Assembly (NCBI GenBank): GCA_052426225.1
Contig: JBNJNM010000007.1
Span: 930,001 to 994,000, forward strand
Length of the DNA: 64,000 bases
Source: Zancudomyces culisetae HAW-14-8
Lineage: Eukaryota; Fungi; Kickxellomycota
Direction of reading: 5' to 3'
How positions within the stretch are numbered: the stretch's first letter is position 1; each line of letters starts with the position of its first letter. The notes beneath the pieces are model-generated. The model was not told the DNA's origin. It did no database searches and saw nothing but the letters and a program-made list of their open reading frames with translations. The position numbers and the translations under genes are program-made. Positions 46,112 through 58,300 of the stretch are shown one piece after another.

Positions 46112-46617
46112 CAACTCTACTATAAATCATTCAATGAACAACTCTACGAAAATGACAGTGATGGAATGGTTGTTTGTCTTGGTGAAAGGTAGAGTAGCTG
46201 GAACGAGTTTGAGTTGTCAATTTGATGTTTTTTAGATTCATTTAGCAAATTCATCTTGAAACCTACAAAGGTGAATAAATTATTGGACTGAAAATAGTCC
46301 AGCATTCTGGTTTGCTGTAAATCTCGATTGTAAATACCCAATGATCTAAATTATCAATGGTTTTATGTTGTATTTATTTGATATGTTAATGTGCAAAAAA
46401 AAATAAATGATTTTGTTGATTTTTTTAGATGGAAGGGAATGAAAACTTGAATAATACTCAATAATTAGGTAATAGATCAAAAAAACTCTGGTTGATGGTA
46501 TAAAAACAACACGATTCCACCTTTTAGAGTTTATTCATCTTTCTTCTTTACCTTAAAGACTTACAAACTTATTTAACCCCAAGGAAAGAAAATAAGAACA
46601 ACTCGAATTATGCCAGA

Positions 46618-49600
46618 ATGAATAACAACAATAACGACGATGTATTCAACAAACTCCCAGCAAGTATCTTGTCGACTATATTCGTATTTGCCCAAAACCC
46701 TCAATTATCACTCTTGAACAAAAATATGTACAAAGCCTCTCAAAAAATGGAAACTATTGTTGAGTACATACTAAAATATATTATGTCACACAAAAAAGAC
46801 AGCCCCGAATCGAATTTAAAAAGTATATTCGATAAATATACCAGAATTAGTACGAATGGAACCGTTGGAATGCTAGTGCTGAGTAAAATCAAGAACTTGA
46901 ACTATGAAATTACTCTAGAATTGGCAATCAAGTACAAGTGGAGAAACATACTGAATAAACTACTCAAAATGTATGTAGTGATGAATAGAAATACCATAAT
47001 GATTGTCTATAAAAGTACTTTATTTATGAATGAGGGCGAATACTTAGATATTGACACTGGTTGTTTTTTCTCAAAAAAAAACGAATCACAAAAAGAATTA
47101 ACAGACATCAAGATTTCTGACTCACTTTATATCCGACCACTAGTAGCTACAAGTTGGGTACGTTCAACAAAGGAACTGTGTAATGTAATTTGCAATATGG
47201 ATACATGCTTTGGAAAAGAGGAGTTTGAGATGTTAATAGATGTTTTCAATAGTAAAATCGAGATCCCTACAGAATTAACAGGATCAAATGTGATGGATGT
47301 TGGGTTTATTAACAGCAATGCTATTATGTATTTTATATTGAGTTTTGTATATAAAATCTGCCAACTGAACAACCTTGTATTGCTGAAACAAATTTTGGCA
47401 TTAAAGATCAATACAAAGTTCACTTTTAAAGAATTGAAATCGAATGTAATGGATTTTAGTATTCTAAGATCAAGGATACCTGTTGATTTTATTGAAGAAT
47501 ATGGATACAAATCTAAAATGGATCAGTTGATGTATATAATATGTTCATACTATTCAATTTACTGGGATAGTAAAGAGTTGATGAGATTTCTCAAAGAGAA
47601 TTACTCGAGTAATAAACACATACAGATATTATTTGATGCGGCTATCCACCATGGAAGGGAAACATTGGTTAAAGAATATTTTTTTAAAGTTGAATCAAAC
47701 TCGAAAAATATAAGAAAAATAACAGAAATGGCGTATAAAGTTGGTAATGTCGATCTCATAAGACTACTGGTAAGCAATTGTAAAAATATTAAAGGAGATC
47801 TGGGTGAAAATGCATTGAAAACGGCTATAAAAGTGAATGACTACGATCTAGCGAAAAATATTATCAATAAGTATCCAAATACCACAACTGTTTCTTGCCT
47901 AGAGGAAGCAGTGGAAAGTGGTGATATCAGAATTGCCAAATTACTTATTGAATCTGGAGTGGATATAAAAACGTCAGCATTTAAGGGAGTAAATACTTCT
48001 ATAGAAAAAGGAGATGTAGAAATGTTACGGTTTTTATTGGAAAATGGTGCTTCTGTTAAGCAAAGAGACCATTCTACTATTCGAAGGTTGTGCTTTATCG
48101 GATATAATGAAATAGCAGAAAAAATATTAGAGATGGTCGATAACGATAATAATAAGGCGGAAGTCAAAACATCAAATAGTAAGGTCAATTTTGGAAAGAG
48201 GATGAAATTTAGTCTAAAATTTCTATGTCTTATTGCAGTAGACAAATATTATAAAAAAGGTTATCCTGACTGTAAAATGGAATTTGCAGATTGGTTTAGT
48301 TATCAAAACTTGTATGATCACGTAATTGAAGTTATATATTCAAGGAGGAAAAATATTTCCACGCAATGTGCAATGTATTTTCGAAGTATTATACATCTTT
48401 TTTGTAAAAATCAGGTTGAACGAGCTTATCGTGATGAATTAGTTGAAGTTATGGATTGTATTGTTGAAAATGGCCTGGAAAACATACTCAAAGATACTCA
48501 ACAGAAGAAGGTCAGCAAGTTCGGTTATGAGAACGACATAAAGGTTTTGAATAATATACACTATGAGTTAGCAAAATCAGAATTGGTAAGCCGAAATTTT
48601 GAAATGCTGAAACTATTATTAGAATATGGAGCAGATATTAATTCTAATAATAGTTTGATATTGAAAAATGCATACAAGGCAGGTGATATTGATTGCATTG
48701 ATTATTTTATTACTAAAGGTATGAAATTGAAAAATGGATCAGACGGATTTGAAGAAGCGTGTAGGTCAAATAAAGTTGAGGTGTTGGAACATTGGATCAA
48801 GAATGGAGGTGTGATACTCAACAAACCAGAATATGAGTGTATTAACGTTGCGTGTATACTGGGTAACTTTGATATGATTAAATTGTTGGTGGAAAATGGA
48901 GTTGATTTGAGTAACCCAGAACGAAATGGAATCAGAATTGCATGTAGATTGGGTTTCGGAAAAACACTGAAATATCTTTTGAATAATAATGCTGTTGTAG
49001 GGAATATTTGTAGATACCAATTAGAGTATGCATGCCTGATTGAAGATATCGTACTGGTAAAAATGATTCTTGAATATTACGTTGATTTGGGTGCATTGAA
49101 AAAAGGGGGAAACATAGATACGAAGGATATAAAGGAAACAAAAGATATCACTTTTTTGGATAATGAAAACACTGATCGATCTGAAGAATATAATATTACT
49201 AAAATCTTACTTGAAAAAGGCAAACCTATCCAGAATAGTGATTTATTGAATGGGATTAGGGCAGCTATTGCAGTAGCCAATACTGAAATTCTCAAGCTGT
49301 TACTAAGTTACCAAATCGATCTCAATGATGCTTCTGAAATACTGATACCTGTAATAGAAAATGAAAATATTGAAGTAATTGTATTGCTTTTGGAGAATGG
49401 ATTAAATATCAAAGGCAACTCAAGCACACTACATGTGGCACTCAGAACACAAAACGTTGAAATTGTAAGATTGTTATTGCAATATGGGGCAGAGTTAAAA
49501 AGTAATACAATCTTTTTTGGGTATTCCCCTCTGGGTAAAATTGAAATTGTGCAACTATTACTTTCTTACTGTTCTCAGGTTGGTGATGATTCACACCTAC

Positions 49601-50172
49601 TCAGACATGCTGTGTATAAGAACAATCTAGATGCAGTTAAATTGCTTTTGAAAGGTATAACTACTCTTGAAAATAGCGAATACAATTATGTATTTGATGC
49701 CTGCAAAAACAACAATATGGAAATCTTGAAACTGTTGTTTGAAAATGGAGCAAGAATACAAAAAGGAAGTGAAAGTGGGGTAATCGAGGCTTGCGAAAAT
49801 AATAATCTAGAAATGTTGAAACTGTTGTTGGAAAACGGGGCAGATGTAAATATTGAACTTAATAGCAGCGTAACTCAGGCTTGTTTACACAACAATCTCG
49901 AAATGTTGACACTATTACTTGAAAGATGTTCTACACTAGTGCTAAAAAAAGATTGTGGGTTAGAGGAAGCATGTGGCCATAAAAACATAGAAATGATCAA
50001 TCTGTTGATTAAACATTGTGCTGACACCAGTGAGCATATTGTGCCGATCATGGGGATTGCGAACCACCTAAATGATCAAATGTTGATTGACTACTGCCAA
50101 ACCCAGGTGAAAAAACTTAAGCGAAGAAAGTGGCCGTTTAATTTGAAAATATTTGGTTGGGGTTACAACTAG
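46618..50172 (+). CDS. Ankyrin-repeat protein with F-box-like N-terminus, paralog 2 (intact, 1184 aa)
   Basis: Collinear with paralog 1, with one extra C-terminal ankyrin repeat. Intronless. Confidence 0.88.
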   Translation: MNNNNNDDVFNKLPASILSTIFVFAQNPQLSLLNKNMYKASQKMETIVEYILKYIMSHKKDSPESNLKSIFDKYTRISTNGTVGMLVLSKIKNLNYEITLELAIKYKWRNILNKLLKMYVVMNRNTIMIVYKSTLFMNEGEYLDIDTGCFFSKKNESQKELTDIKISDSLYIRPLVATSWVRSTKELCNVICNMDTCFGKEEFEMLIDVFNSKIEIPTELTGSNVMDVGFINSNAIMYFILSFVYKICQLNNLVLLKQILALKINTKFTFKELKSNVMDFSILRSRIPVDFIEEYGYKSKMDQLMYIICSYYSIYWDSKELMRFLKENYSSNKHIQILFDAAIHHGRETLVKEYFFKVESNSKNIRKITEMAYKVGNVDLIRLLVSNCKNIKGDLGENALKTAIKVNDYDLAKNIINKYPNTTTVSCLEEAVESGDIRIAKLLIESGVDIKTSAFKGVNTSIEKGDVEMLRFLLENGASVKQRDHSTIRRLCFIGYNEIAEKILEMVDNDNNKAEVKTSNSKVNFGKRMKFSLKFLCLIAVDKYYKKGYPDCKMEFADWFSYQNLYDHVIEVIYSRRKNISTQCAMYFRSIIHLFCKNQVERAYRDELVEVMDCIVENGLENILKDTQQKKVSKFGYENDIKVLNNIHYELAKSELVSRNFEMLKLLLEYGADINSNNSLILKNAYKAGDIDCIDYFITKGMKLKNGSDGFEEACRSNKVEVLEHWIKNGGVILNKPEYECINVACILGNFDMIKLLVENGVDLSNPERNGIRIACRLGFGKTLKYLLNNNAVVGNICRYQLEYACLIEDIVLVKMILEYYVDLGALKKGGNIDTKDIKETKDITFLDNENTDRSEEYNITKILLEKGKPIQNSDLLNGIRAAIAVANTEILKLLLSYQIDLNDASEILIPVIENENIEVIVLLLENGLNIKGNSSTLHVALRTQNVEIVRLLLQYGAELKSNTIFFGYSPLGKIEIVQLLLSYCSQVGDDSHLLRHAVYKNNLDAVKLLLKGITTLENSEYNYVFDACKNNNMEILKLLFENGARIQKGSESGVIEACENNNLEMLKLLLENGADVNIELNSSVTQACLHNNLEMLTLLLERCSTLVLKKDCGLEEACGHKNIEMINLLIKHCADTSEHIVPIMGIANHLNDQMLIDYCQTQVKKLKRRKWPFNLKIFGWGYN

Positions 50173-51049
50173 TTTACTATGCCGTGTGTAGACTAGTGTG
50201 TTGTATTTTTTCTTGCGAATAGTCATTATCGAATGTTATTTGGTTGATATGTGTATTTTAGTTATCTATATTAATAAGACTTTATCTATAATTTAGAGAT
50301 ATATTTGTTAAAATGTGTTGACACGCTTTGTGGATATTGTTTTTTTTAGAGTATGAGTTTTACGACTTATTTATGAATGAAATTCTTAGGATAACATTAC
50401 TACCATATAGTTTCAGATTGGCCAGTGAATAAAATAAGTGATCTATCGATGTAGTAAAGTATTAGATATTTCTATGTTCTTTGATGCCTCGCACAAGTTG
50501 GTTTTTTTAACTATCTCCTATTAATCGAGGTACTGTTTATTTCAAAAATATTGGCTTAAACATCTCATTAAGCTTGACTCAATACCCATATATTGAAGAG
50601 TATAGAAATATAATACAAGTTCAGATGAATTTTAAAATAATATACAATATATTGATTTGTATTTTACTATATATAAATTAGATATACATTGTTGCTAGTT
50701 GAAATATTTACAGGTTGAATAAATCACTCAAGTTTGACATTTATTAGGAATTAAATAATAAACTAGGTTTATTATTCTTATCTAGTATATGAGCAGTTAA
50801 CATATACAATACTAACAAAGCTTTCAATCATTTGTTCCTTATAATATAAATACTAATATATTTGTAATTCAGATTGCAATACCAGAAAAAAAAGTATAAA
50901 AGCAATTGTAAAAGATGAAAGAAAAGGAAAGAGTTGAGAGAATGGTAGTAGGAATTAAGAGGAAAGAGAAATAGCGATATGGCTTTGAATCAAGTTGTGT
51001 GTGATCTTGTAGTGCGGGAAATACAACTTTATGGACATTTAGATAGCTT

Positions 51050-51335
51050 GGTTGAATATTTGCTCATTAAATGATTTCAGCCAGCGTGTGGTTAGATTAT
51101 GGGAACTCTCAAAGAGATTAGCACATTTTAATAGTAACACACGTGAGGATGGAAGGTTTTTCCATGATTCTAGAGAACCCAGGCTTTGGCCGAGTTTTTA
51201 CATCCATTCAAAACCAGGTGGGTTATTAAGTTCATAGCAAAGACAGAAAGGAATTGGTTAGGTAGATATTACACAGGATTCTTTTTTTGTAGTTTTATGT
51301 GGTATTAATTTGATAAACCCATCTAGCAAAAAATA
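51050..51335 (+). repeat. Dispersed repeat copy (probable non-LTR 3' relic)
   Basis: ggtggg...gaattggttaggtagatatt...gtagttttatgtggtatt...atctagcaaaaaa matches 33500-33620. Confidence 0.6.
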
Positions 51336-52100
51336 TAGATTAACCTTGTAAATACAGAATAAAGTAATACATGTACCAAAATCGGACCATCATAAACATC
51401 ACAACAATTGCCATTCTTTTCAACATCGACCAAATGTGTTGTATTAATTGACTATCATGCTTACGCTGGAGTGTGTGGCACATATCATACCACCTGACTG
51501 GTATGTGCTCTTGGCAAATAAAACCAAACCATAAAAAAAACAGCTCATCTTTTACAACTACCAATCCTGTGGGACCTTAAGATTGCCAGTGCACTATTCA
51601 GTAGATCTATTCGTTTTGTTTGGTTTTTATTTGCTCTAACAAATGAATATTGCATGGGTTTCGGTTTTGATGATTCTCAAGATGTATTTTCCCTTCACTT
51701 GGCATATCTATTGGTCAGGTTGTTTATTTTGCCAACAAATATTCAGTATAATTTACGTAATTACTTGCAAATAATCTACAAAGATGGATATTCTACAATC
51801 TACACCAAATATTGCTTGGAATCGAGATTTGATTGCTTGAAAACACAAAGAAAAATACATTCCAATAATTCTGATTGTATGAAAATAAAGATGGTAAACA
51901 CAATATTCACCAGTGCTAATGGTTTCATCAGTTTTTATTCTTTTCCATTTTTAATCAACATTGAATTGTAGATGGACTTCATTCATTGATATGTAGGAAA
52001 TACTATATAAATAGAGCAACTTCATTAAAATATCTAATTACACTTATTCTTAACTCCTTTTAACAATCGACAAACACAAGGCTAACAAAAAGTAATAACA

Positions 52101-53231
52101 ATGAAATTAAACAACAAATCACTTTGTAAACATATCTTTACAGCACTATCGCTTGGAGGTATTGCAGCTGTACAAGCTGCCTCAGTTGATAATGTAGACA
52201 CCAATATTGGCACACCACAGAGCGGAGCGAGTGACCTTAATAAAAATGTGAGAGCCCTAAATGGGGAACCAGCCAAGAGAGAAGATTTTCCATATCTTAT
52301 ATTCACTAGCATGAATGCATCCAGCATAGGCGAAAAAGATTTTTTTAAATCATGTAGTTTGTCATTGATATCGAAAAATATAGCAATAACTTCAGCTAGC
52401 TGTTTCTATGATGAGGAAAATAAAAGGTTTCGAAGTCAAACTTCTGCAAGAGTTTACGCTGGTAGTGGAAAATTAAAGGACATGGACACCTCCGATTTTA
52501 AACCGTATATATTACATGCTCATCCCGATTTTTCACCAGAAACATTGGAAAATGATATAGCAATTGTGGAACTACGCCTACGTTCAAACACGACTTCTCC
52601 ACCAATAGCGATATACAGTGGAAATGTAATAGATGATATGGACTTGATTACAATTGATCATGATCCATTTCCGCTTGAAAACCTAGCTCTTGAGAATATA
52701 AAAATACACAAAATTACTCAATCACCCTCTTCATCAAGTGCTTGTAAAGATTTCAATGCCAACTGGTCGGACAACAACAAAGATGTTGTCTGTACTCTAA
52801 CAAAAGATGACAAGGGTTTATCATATGGAGTTTACGGAAATCCCTTAGTATATATAAAAAACGATGTTAGTTTACTTGTTGGAATCGCGGGTAATCCAGG
52901 TAAGTCTGGGAGTGGCGCAACTATTAGTCCAGAAAATGCTGAAACGAACTATTATACCCATATATACAGCTACATCGACTGGATTGTAAATGTCACAGGA
53001 GTTGAGAAATCGTACCTATTGGATACAACTGCACGACCCTCGTCCAATAACTCAGCGATTATCGATACTGCCACTAATACTGATACAATTACAAATACAA
53101 ATATAAATACAAACACTGATAAAAACACTAGCGGGGATCAAAATACTTCCACTTCTACCTCAACTATTTTGCAGAGTACTGGATTTACATTAGCAATACT
53201 CTTATTGTCACTGTTAGCTTTACTATTTTAG
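52101..53231 (+). CDS. Secreted, probably GPI-anchored trypsin-like (S1A) pseudoprotease 1
   Basis: Signal peptide, R|ALNG activation site, NDIAIV, YYTHIYSYIDWI, a Thr/Asn stalk and a hydrophobic C-terminus. The His motif reads TSASC and the Ser motif reads YGVYGNP. Confidence 0.88.
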   Translation: MKLNNKSLCKHIFTALSLGGIAAVQAASVDNVDTNIGTPQSGASDLNKNVRALNGEPAKREDFPYLIFTSMNASSIGEKDFFKSCSLSLISKNIAITSASCFYDEENKRFRSQTSARVYAGSGKLKDMDTSDFKPYILHAHPDFSPETLENDIAIVELRLRSNTTSPPIAIYSGNVIDDMDLITIDHDPFPLENLALENIKIHKITQSPSSSSACKDFNANWSDNNKDVVCTLTKDDKGLSYGVYGNPLVYIKNDVSLLVGIAGNPGKSGSGATISPENAETNYYTHIYSYIDWIVNVTGVEKSYLLDTTARPSSNNSAIIDTATNTDTITNTNINTNTDKNTSGDQNTSTSTSTILQSTGFTLAILLLSLLALLF

Positions 53232-53429
53232 AGTCATCAATGGCTTTTTGAACTATATGTTGATGCTTAATTAGCTTTTTTCGTACAGATAAATTTAAAA
53301 TTGCGATTGATTGTTGTGTCCGATAAGTACAAAACTACAGTCTAAGTGTTTTACCATCTATAAAATCAATTAACTTTTATCCTTAATAAAATACCTTGTA
53401 TTTCACCATGATAAAACACATTGAGTTGA

Positions 53430-53560
53430 AATAGGGTAGAGATCTGATGGTGGGGCATGGAGTTCCTAGAAGAATTGAGTAGGGTTGGCTAGGTAGATTT
53501 CGTGTAGAACTATTATTGTAGTTTCTGTGGTGTTTATTATTGATCTAATTATTAATACAA
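53430..53560 (+). repeat. Dispersed repeat copy (degenerate)
   Basis: ggtggggcatggagttcctagaag...ttggctaggtagattt...tgtagtttctgtggtgttt is similar to 33500-33600. Confidence 0.5.
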
Positions 53561-53768
53561 AACGTATAAAATCAAATAAAGTATTTATTAGATTTTGTAT
53601 TATCATAAACTCTATAAAAGCAAAAATTTTAAATTGTTATATAATAAACTACAGTACATTTCTATGATAGTAACTAAAAAAAATAGCATTAAGAAAGTCG
53701 TTTTGAGGAATTGTGAATCTAGTGAACCATGGTATATTAAAGTATACCAAACATAAAATAACTCTAGT

Positions 53769-54089
53769 TTAAAGGCCACCGAGCATGTAGCATTGACTAT
53801 AGGTACTAAAAATACTAGGATTTTCTTTATTTTTAACTTTCTGCATAGCTTGGTCGTATGAAGGTGGCGCCTGCAAGCAATACGTGTTATGTGAATTCAT
53901 AATCGACTTTTTCAAACCATTCCAGATAATATTATTGCGACCAAATGGTGGGCTATCAAGTAGGTACAGCTGACACCCATCTTTTCCGCATCGTCTGTCC
54001 TTGTAGTCGTCGTAGTTATATGGGTCTACAATTTTGCGATTAAATCCCTGTTTTCCATTAAGTAATCTAGTATATTGAAAGTTATCCAT
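53769..54089 (-). CDS. Small hypothetical protein (106 aa) with a PPxY motif
   Basis: ATG in aaaaATG context, coding-like GC content within AT-rich DNA, and the sequence APPSYDQA. Confidence 0.45.
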   Translation of the reverse strand: MDNFQYTRLLNGKQGFNRKIVDPYNYDDYKDRRCGKDGCQLYLLDSPPFGRNNIIWNGLKKSIMNSHNTYCLQAPPSYDQAMQKVKNKENPSIFSTYSQCYMLGGL

Positions 54090-55301
54090 TTTTTAAGTAT
54101 ATAATGTGGGTATAATTGTGCTAATTAAAATATTCTAGGTTTTATTTTTAATCTAAAGAATACTAAGACTTTTGTCTATATATGTTACTTTAATTTTTTA
54201 GGTTTGGAAAAAACGCGAATATATACGTATTTTTACAAAAGTGTGTGGCGAGTCTCTCTAATTGCAAAAAAGTAATTCCAGTGTGATCGCTATTTATGTT
54301 CCAGCTGATAACGTGTTTCATAATTCTCCAAATGCCAATACTAATATTAACCTGTTGGGAAAATGCCAAGAAAATCAAAGACATTAGAAAGGGTAAACAA
54401 ACTCATGTGAATGTTTTATTTGGAAATTCACACATACTGGCCCATCCGTTAAATAGTGCCCGACTCCTACATTCTTTACATTTTACATTTAATGTTTAAT
54501 TTATTGGCTCCTATATAACTATGCCTTGTTATTACTCGCAAACCAAGTCACGCATACAATTATTAATCTTATTTCTCCTTGAATTTTTAGATAATCACCT
54601 ATTAATCTTGGTATCAAATAGTGGATTGAAACAAAATCAAGGGGTTTTATCTTTAATAATCATGCAATCTCGTGATGTAATGAAAAAGATTGTGCAATGA
54701 GAGAGCTCAAAAAATCAAACAGATAGTTTTCCATCTCTTTGCATTCACACATTATGTTTTCTTTGCTATTTAGCTAATGTTTTATTCTAACCAATCAACC
54801 CTGTTAATTTTATACCAATAATTTTGTGGCGTACTTTGAAATAACGAACCATATACGCTCACATTCCACTTATTTATGCATTTTTACAATGATTATTGCT
54901 TTCCATAAATCCAACAAACTGGGTATTAATATTCAAATATAACACTAGTATAGGAAATTCTAAATATATCTAAACAACCAGCTCCTCTTTTCGTAATGGG
55001 CAAATTAATTAGTCTCTGTGATCCCTTTCCAGAGAGTCTACCCAAAAAACATGTCTCTATTTTCATTCCCATCTCTATTTCTCACTCTCCAATCTCTAGC
55101 CTTCTCAACTTAATTATTCTTGGATTGTGTAATTCCAGATAGAAATTTTGAGGTGAGAGCTAATACTATCAGTCGAAAAGTGTATGATTAATTGTATCCG
55201 TAATTTTGAAAAAAAAATATTTACTATTCTACAGTCATAGTAATTAATTCAGACAATTGCCTCGATAAATGGAGTGTTGTCGAAATTCCATCCGTCTCTT
55301 T

Positions 55302-58300
55302 TCAACCACTACCATCGTAATTACATTGGCAGAACCTAATCAAGTCATGATCATTTGTGTCTTTTGCAATCTCCATGATAGATTCGGTATATGAACTCAC
55401 ATTAGCGCCATATTTTATCAACAGTTTGATCATTTCTGCATTTCTGTGGCGACATGCCTCCTTGATTCCAAAATCCCTGTTTAGAATCAAATTAGGATTT
55501 TTTTCAAACAGTAGTTTTAATATTTCGAGATTATTGCTCTTACAGGCTTGTATGACCCCACTATGAAATCCTTTCTGTATCCTTGCTCCATTTTCAAGTA
55601 AAATCCTCAACATTTCTATATTGTTGTTTTTAATAGTTTTGATCACTCCGTTGGTAAATTTATCCTTTACATCCGCCCCCTTTTCAAATACCAGTTTTAA
55701 CATTTCCACATTATTCGATCTACAAGCGATGTATATGAAATCCAATTTGCTGTTATAAAGTGTAGTGGTATCTTTTAAAAGTAATTTAACCACCTCTATC
55801 CTGTTTTTATCAATAGCAGATTGAAGTAAATATGAGGCACCACGAACACCTGGACAACAAGTTAACAGTAACTTTAATGTTTCGTTGTCATCTAAATTAA
55901 CATACTTTAAATATTTTGAATACCAGTATATTTTTGCACCATGTAGTAATAGTAACCTGATAATTTCAGCGTTCTTTTCTTTAAGTGCAATTTCTAGCAC
56001 ATATGTATCACCATTAACACATGACCTGTTTTCCAATAATACTTTCACCACCTCAACTTTCCCTGCCTCTATGGCTGCACCCAGTATTTTAAAATCTCTA
56101 TCAAGGTCAAACTTGTAAGTAAGTAGTAGTTTCAGTAATTTGATGTTGGATACCGCAATCGATGCCTTTATCCCATCCAATAAATCGATGTTTTGGATGA
56201 TTTCACCCTTTTCAAGTAAGGTTTTAGTAATCCTGTATTCTTCGACACGATCAGAGTTATGATTGTCCAAAAACAAATTATTGAGCGATTTTTCTACTTT
56301 CGTATTTGTGTTGTCCTTTCTTTCCAATACTCCTAATCGATGATAATATCCAAGAATCATTTTTACCAGTCCAATGTTTTCAGTCAAGCATGCATACTCT
56401 AACTGGTGATGACGAACACATTTTATTTCAGCATTATTATCCAATAGATATTTTAATATCATTTTGAGACCCAATCTACATGCAATACTGATTCCATTCA
56501 GTTTTGGATCACTTAGGTCAACTCCATTTTCTACCAATAATTTAACCATATCAAAGTTACCCAGTAAACATGCCATGTTGACACAAGGATATTCTGGATT
56601 ATTTGGCACTACACCACCATTCTTGATCCAATGTTTCAACACCTCAACTTTATTTGATCTACAAGCCTCTTCAAATCCATCCGATTCTCCTTCTAACTTT
56701 GCACCTTTACTAATAAAATACTCAGTCCAGTCAATATCACCCACTTTGTATGCTGCTCTCAATATCAAACTGTTACTTGAGTTAATGTCCATTCCATACT
56801 CTATCAACAGTTTCAACATTTCAAAGTTTCGGTTAACCAATTCGGATTTTACTAGCTCATAATGCCAATCATTCAGCACTTCTACATCGTTTTCGTATCC
56901 CAACTCGTTGGATTCATGATCTCCAGTATTTTCAATTATGCTTTGCAGATTACTTTTAATGGCATCTCCAATAATTTGAAGTAATTTATGAAAATAAACT
57001 CTCCTAGTGCCGTACATACTACTGTAAGAAAAAAGTATCTTGCAATACGAATAAGCATACCTTATCGTGTTTTTCCTTATTGAATTGATAATCATTTTTA
57101 CTTCTTCGTATAAATCCGAATCTCGAAAACGATTCTCAAAGTCCACATTACGATCAACTCTATAATTATAAAAAGCTAAGCAAACTTCAACAAAACACAG
57201 CGTTGTTTTACTAAATTTCAGCTTATTTCTATCCATGATATCTGTCGTTGAAGTTTTGGATCTAACACTATCCTTATCTTTATATTTATTTGAGAATTCT
57301 AATAGTCGATTTGCTATTTCATGGTTTTTTATACTACACAGCTTTAAAATAGAACTGTTATCCATTAGTCCAACAGAAGCATCATTTTCCAATAATAACT
57401 GTAGCATGCCTATATTTTTATTTTCTATAGAAATGTCAATTCCCCTGAATCCTGACCCCTTTAAAACTACTCCAGATTCGATAAGTATTTTGGCAATCTT
57501 GATATCTCCAACTTTCACTGCTTCCTCTAAACAAGTAATACTCACGGTGGCTGGATACTTATTGATAACATCTAGTGTTAATTGATACCCTTTCTTGTTT
57601 ATAGTTGTTTTCAAAGCATTTTCATCTAAATCACCCTCCATTTACCACTGTTGTTTAAAAGAAATCTTATGAGGTCGACATTACCATATCTGTACGCCAT
57701 TTTTGTCATTTTTTGAATATTCTCTGAGCTTGGTTCCACTTTGAAAAAGTATTCTTTAATCAATTCATTCTTTTTATGATGAATAGCTGTATCAAATAGT
57801 ATTTGTTGATATGTGACATCGGGATAGTTTTCCTCCAAGAATTTTAACATTTCTTTTCTATCCCAGCGCATAGAATAGTATGAGCACAGCTTATAAATAA
57901 GCATATCCTGATTTTTAGTTGAAGAATGCCTCCTAATAATATTAACAAGTTCTGAAAACGTGTCCCAACCATAATTAATTCTAATTACTTTCATTTCGTG
58001 AGCAGAAAGAGTTGTTTTGATTTTTATATCCAGAACCCTTTTTAGCAGTTCAAAATCATCCAATTGGCATATTGCATATATACACATCGGTATACAACAG
58101 ATTATAACTTTAATATCAATATATTTAGCCTTTATCTCAACAGTTCCAGATAATTCTTGAGGTAGTTTGATATTGCTACAGCAGAGATCTATCAAGGCTT
58201 CAATATACTGTTTAACAAAACTTGTATCTATTTTGTATAACAACTTTTGTAGTCTCGAGTAGCTAGTTATTACTGGTCTGATATAGAGATTTTCAGAAAT

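Noticed and set aside
51654-51971. Duplicated ORFs upstream of the trypsin-like genes (51654-51971, 61638-61967)
   Set aside because: They lie in the duplicated promoter DNA and their frames differ between copies upstream of the identical tract, so conservation reflects duplication rather than coding.
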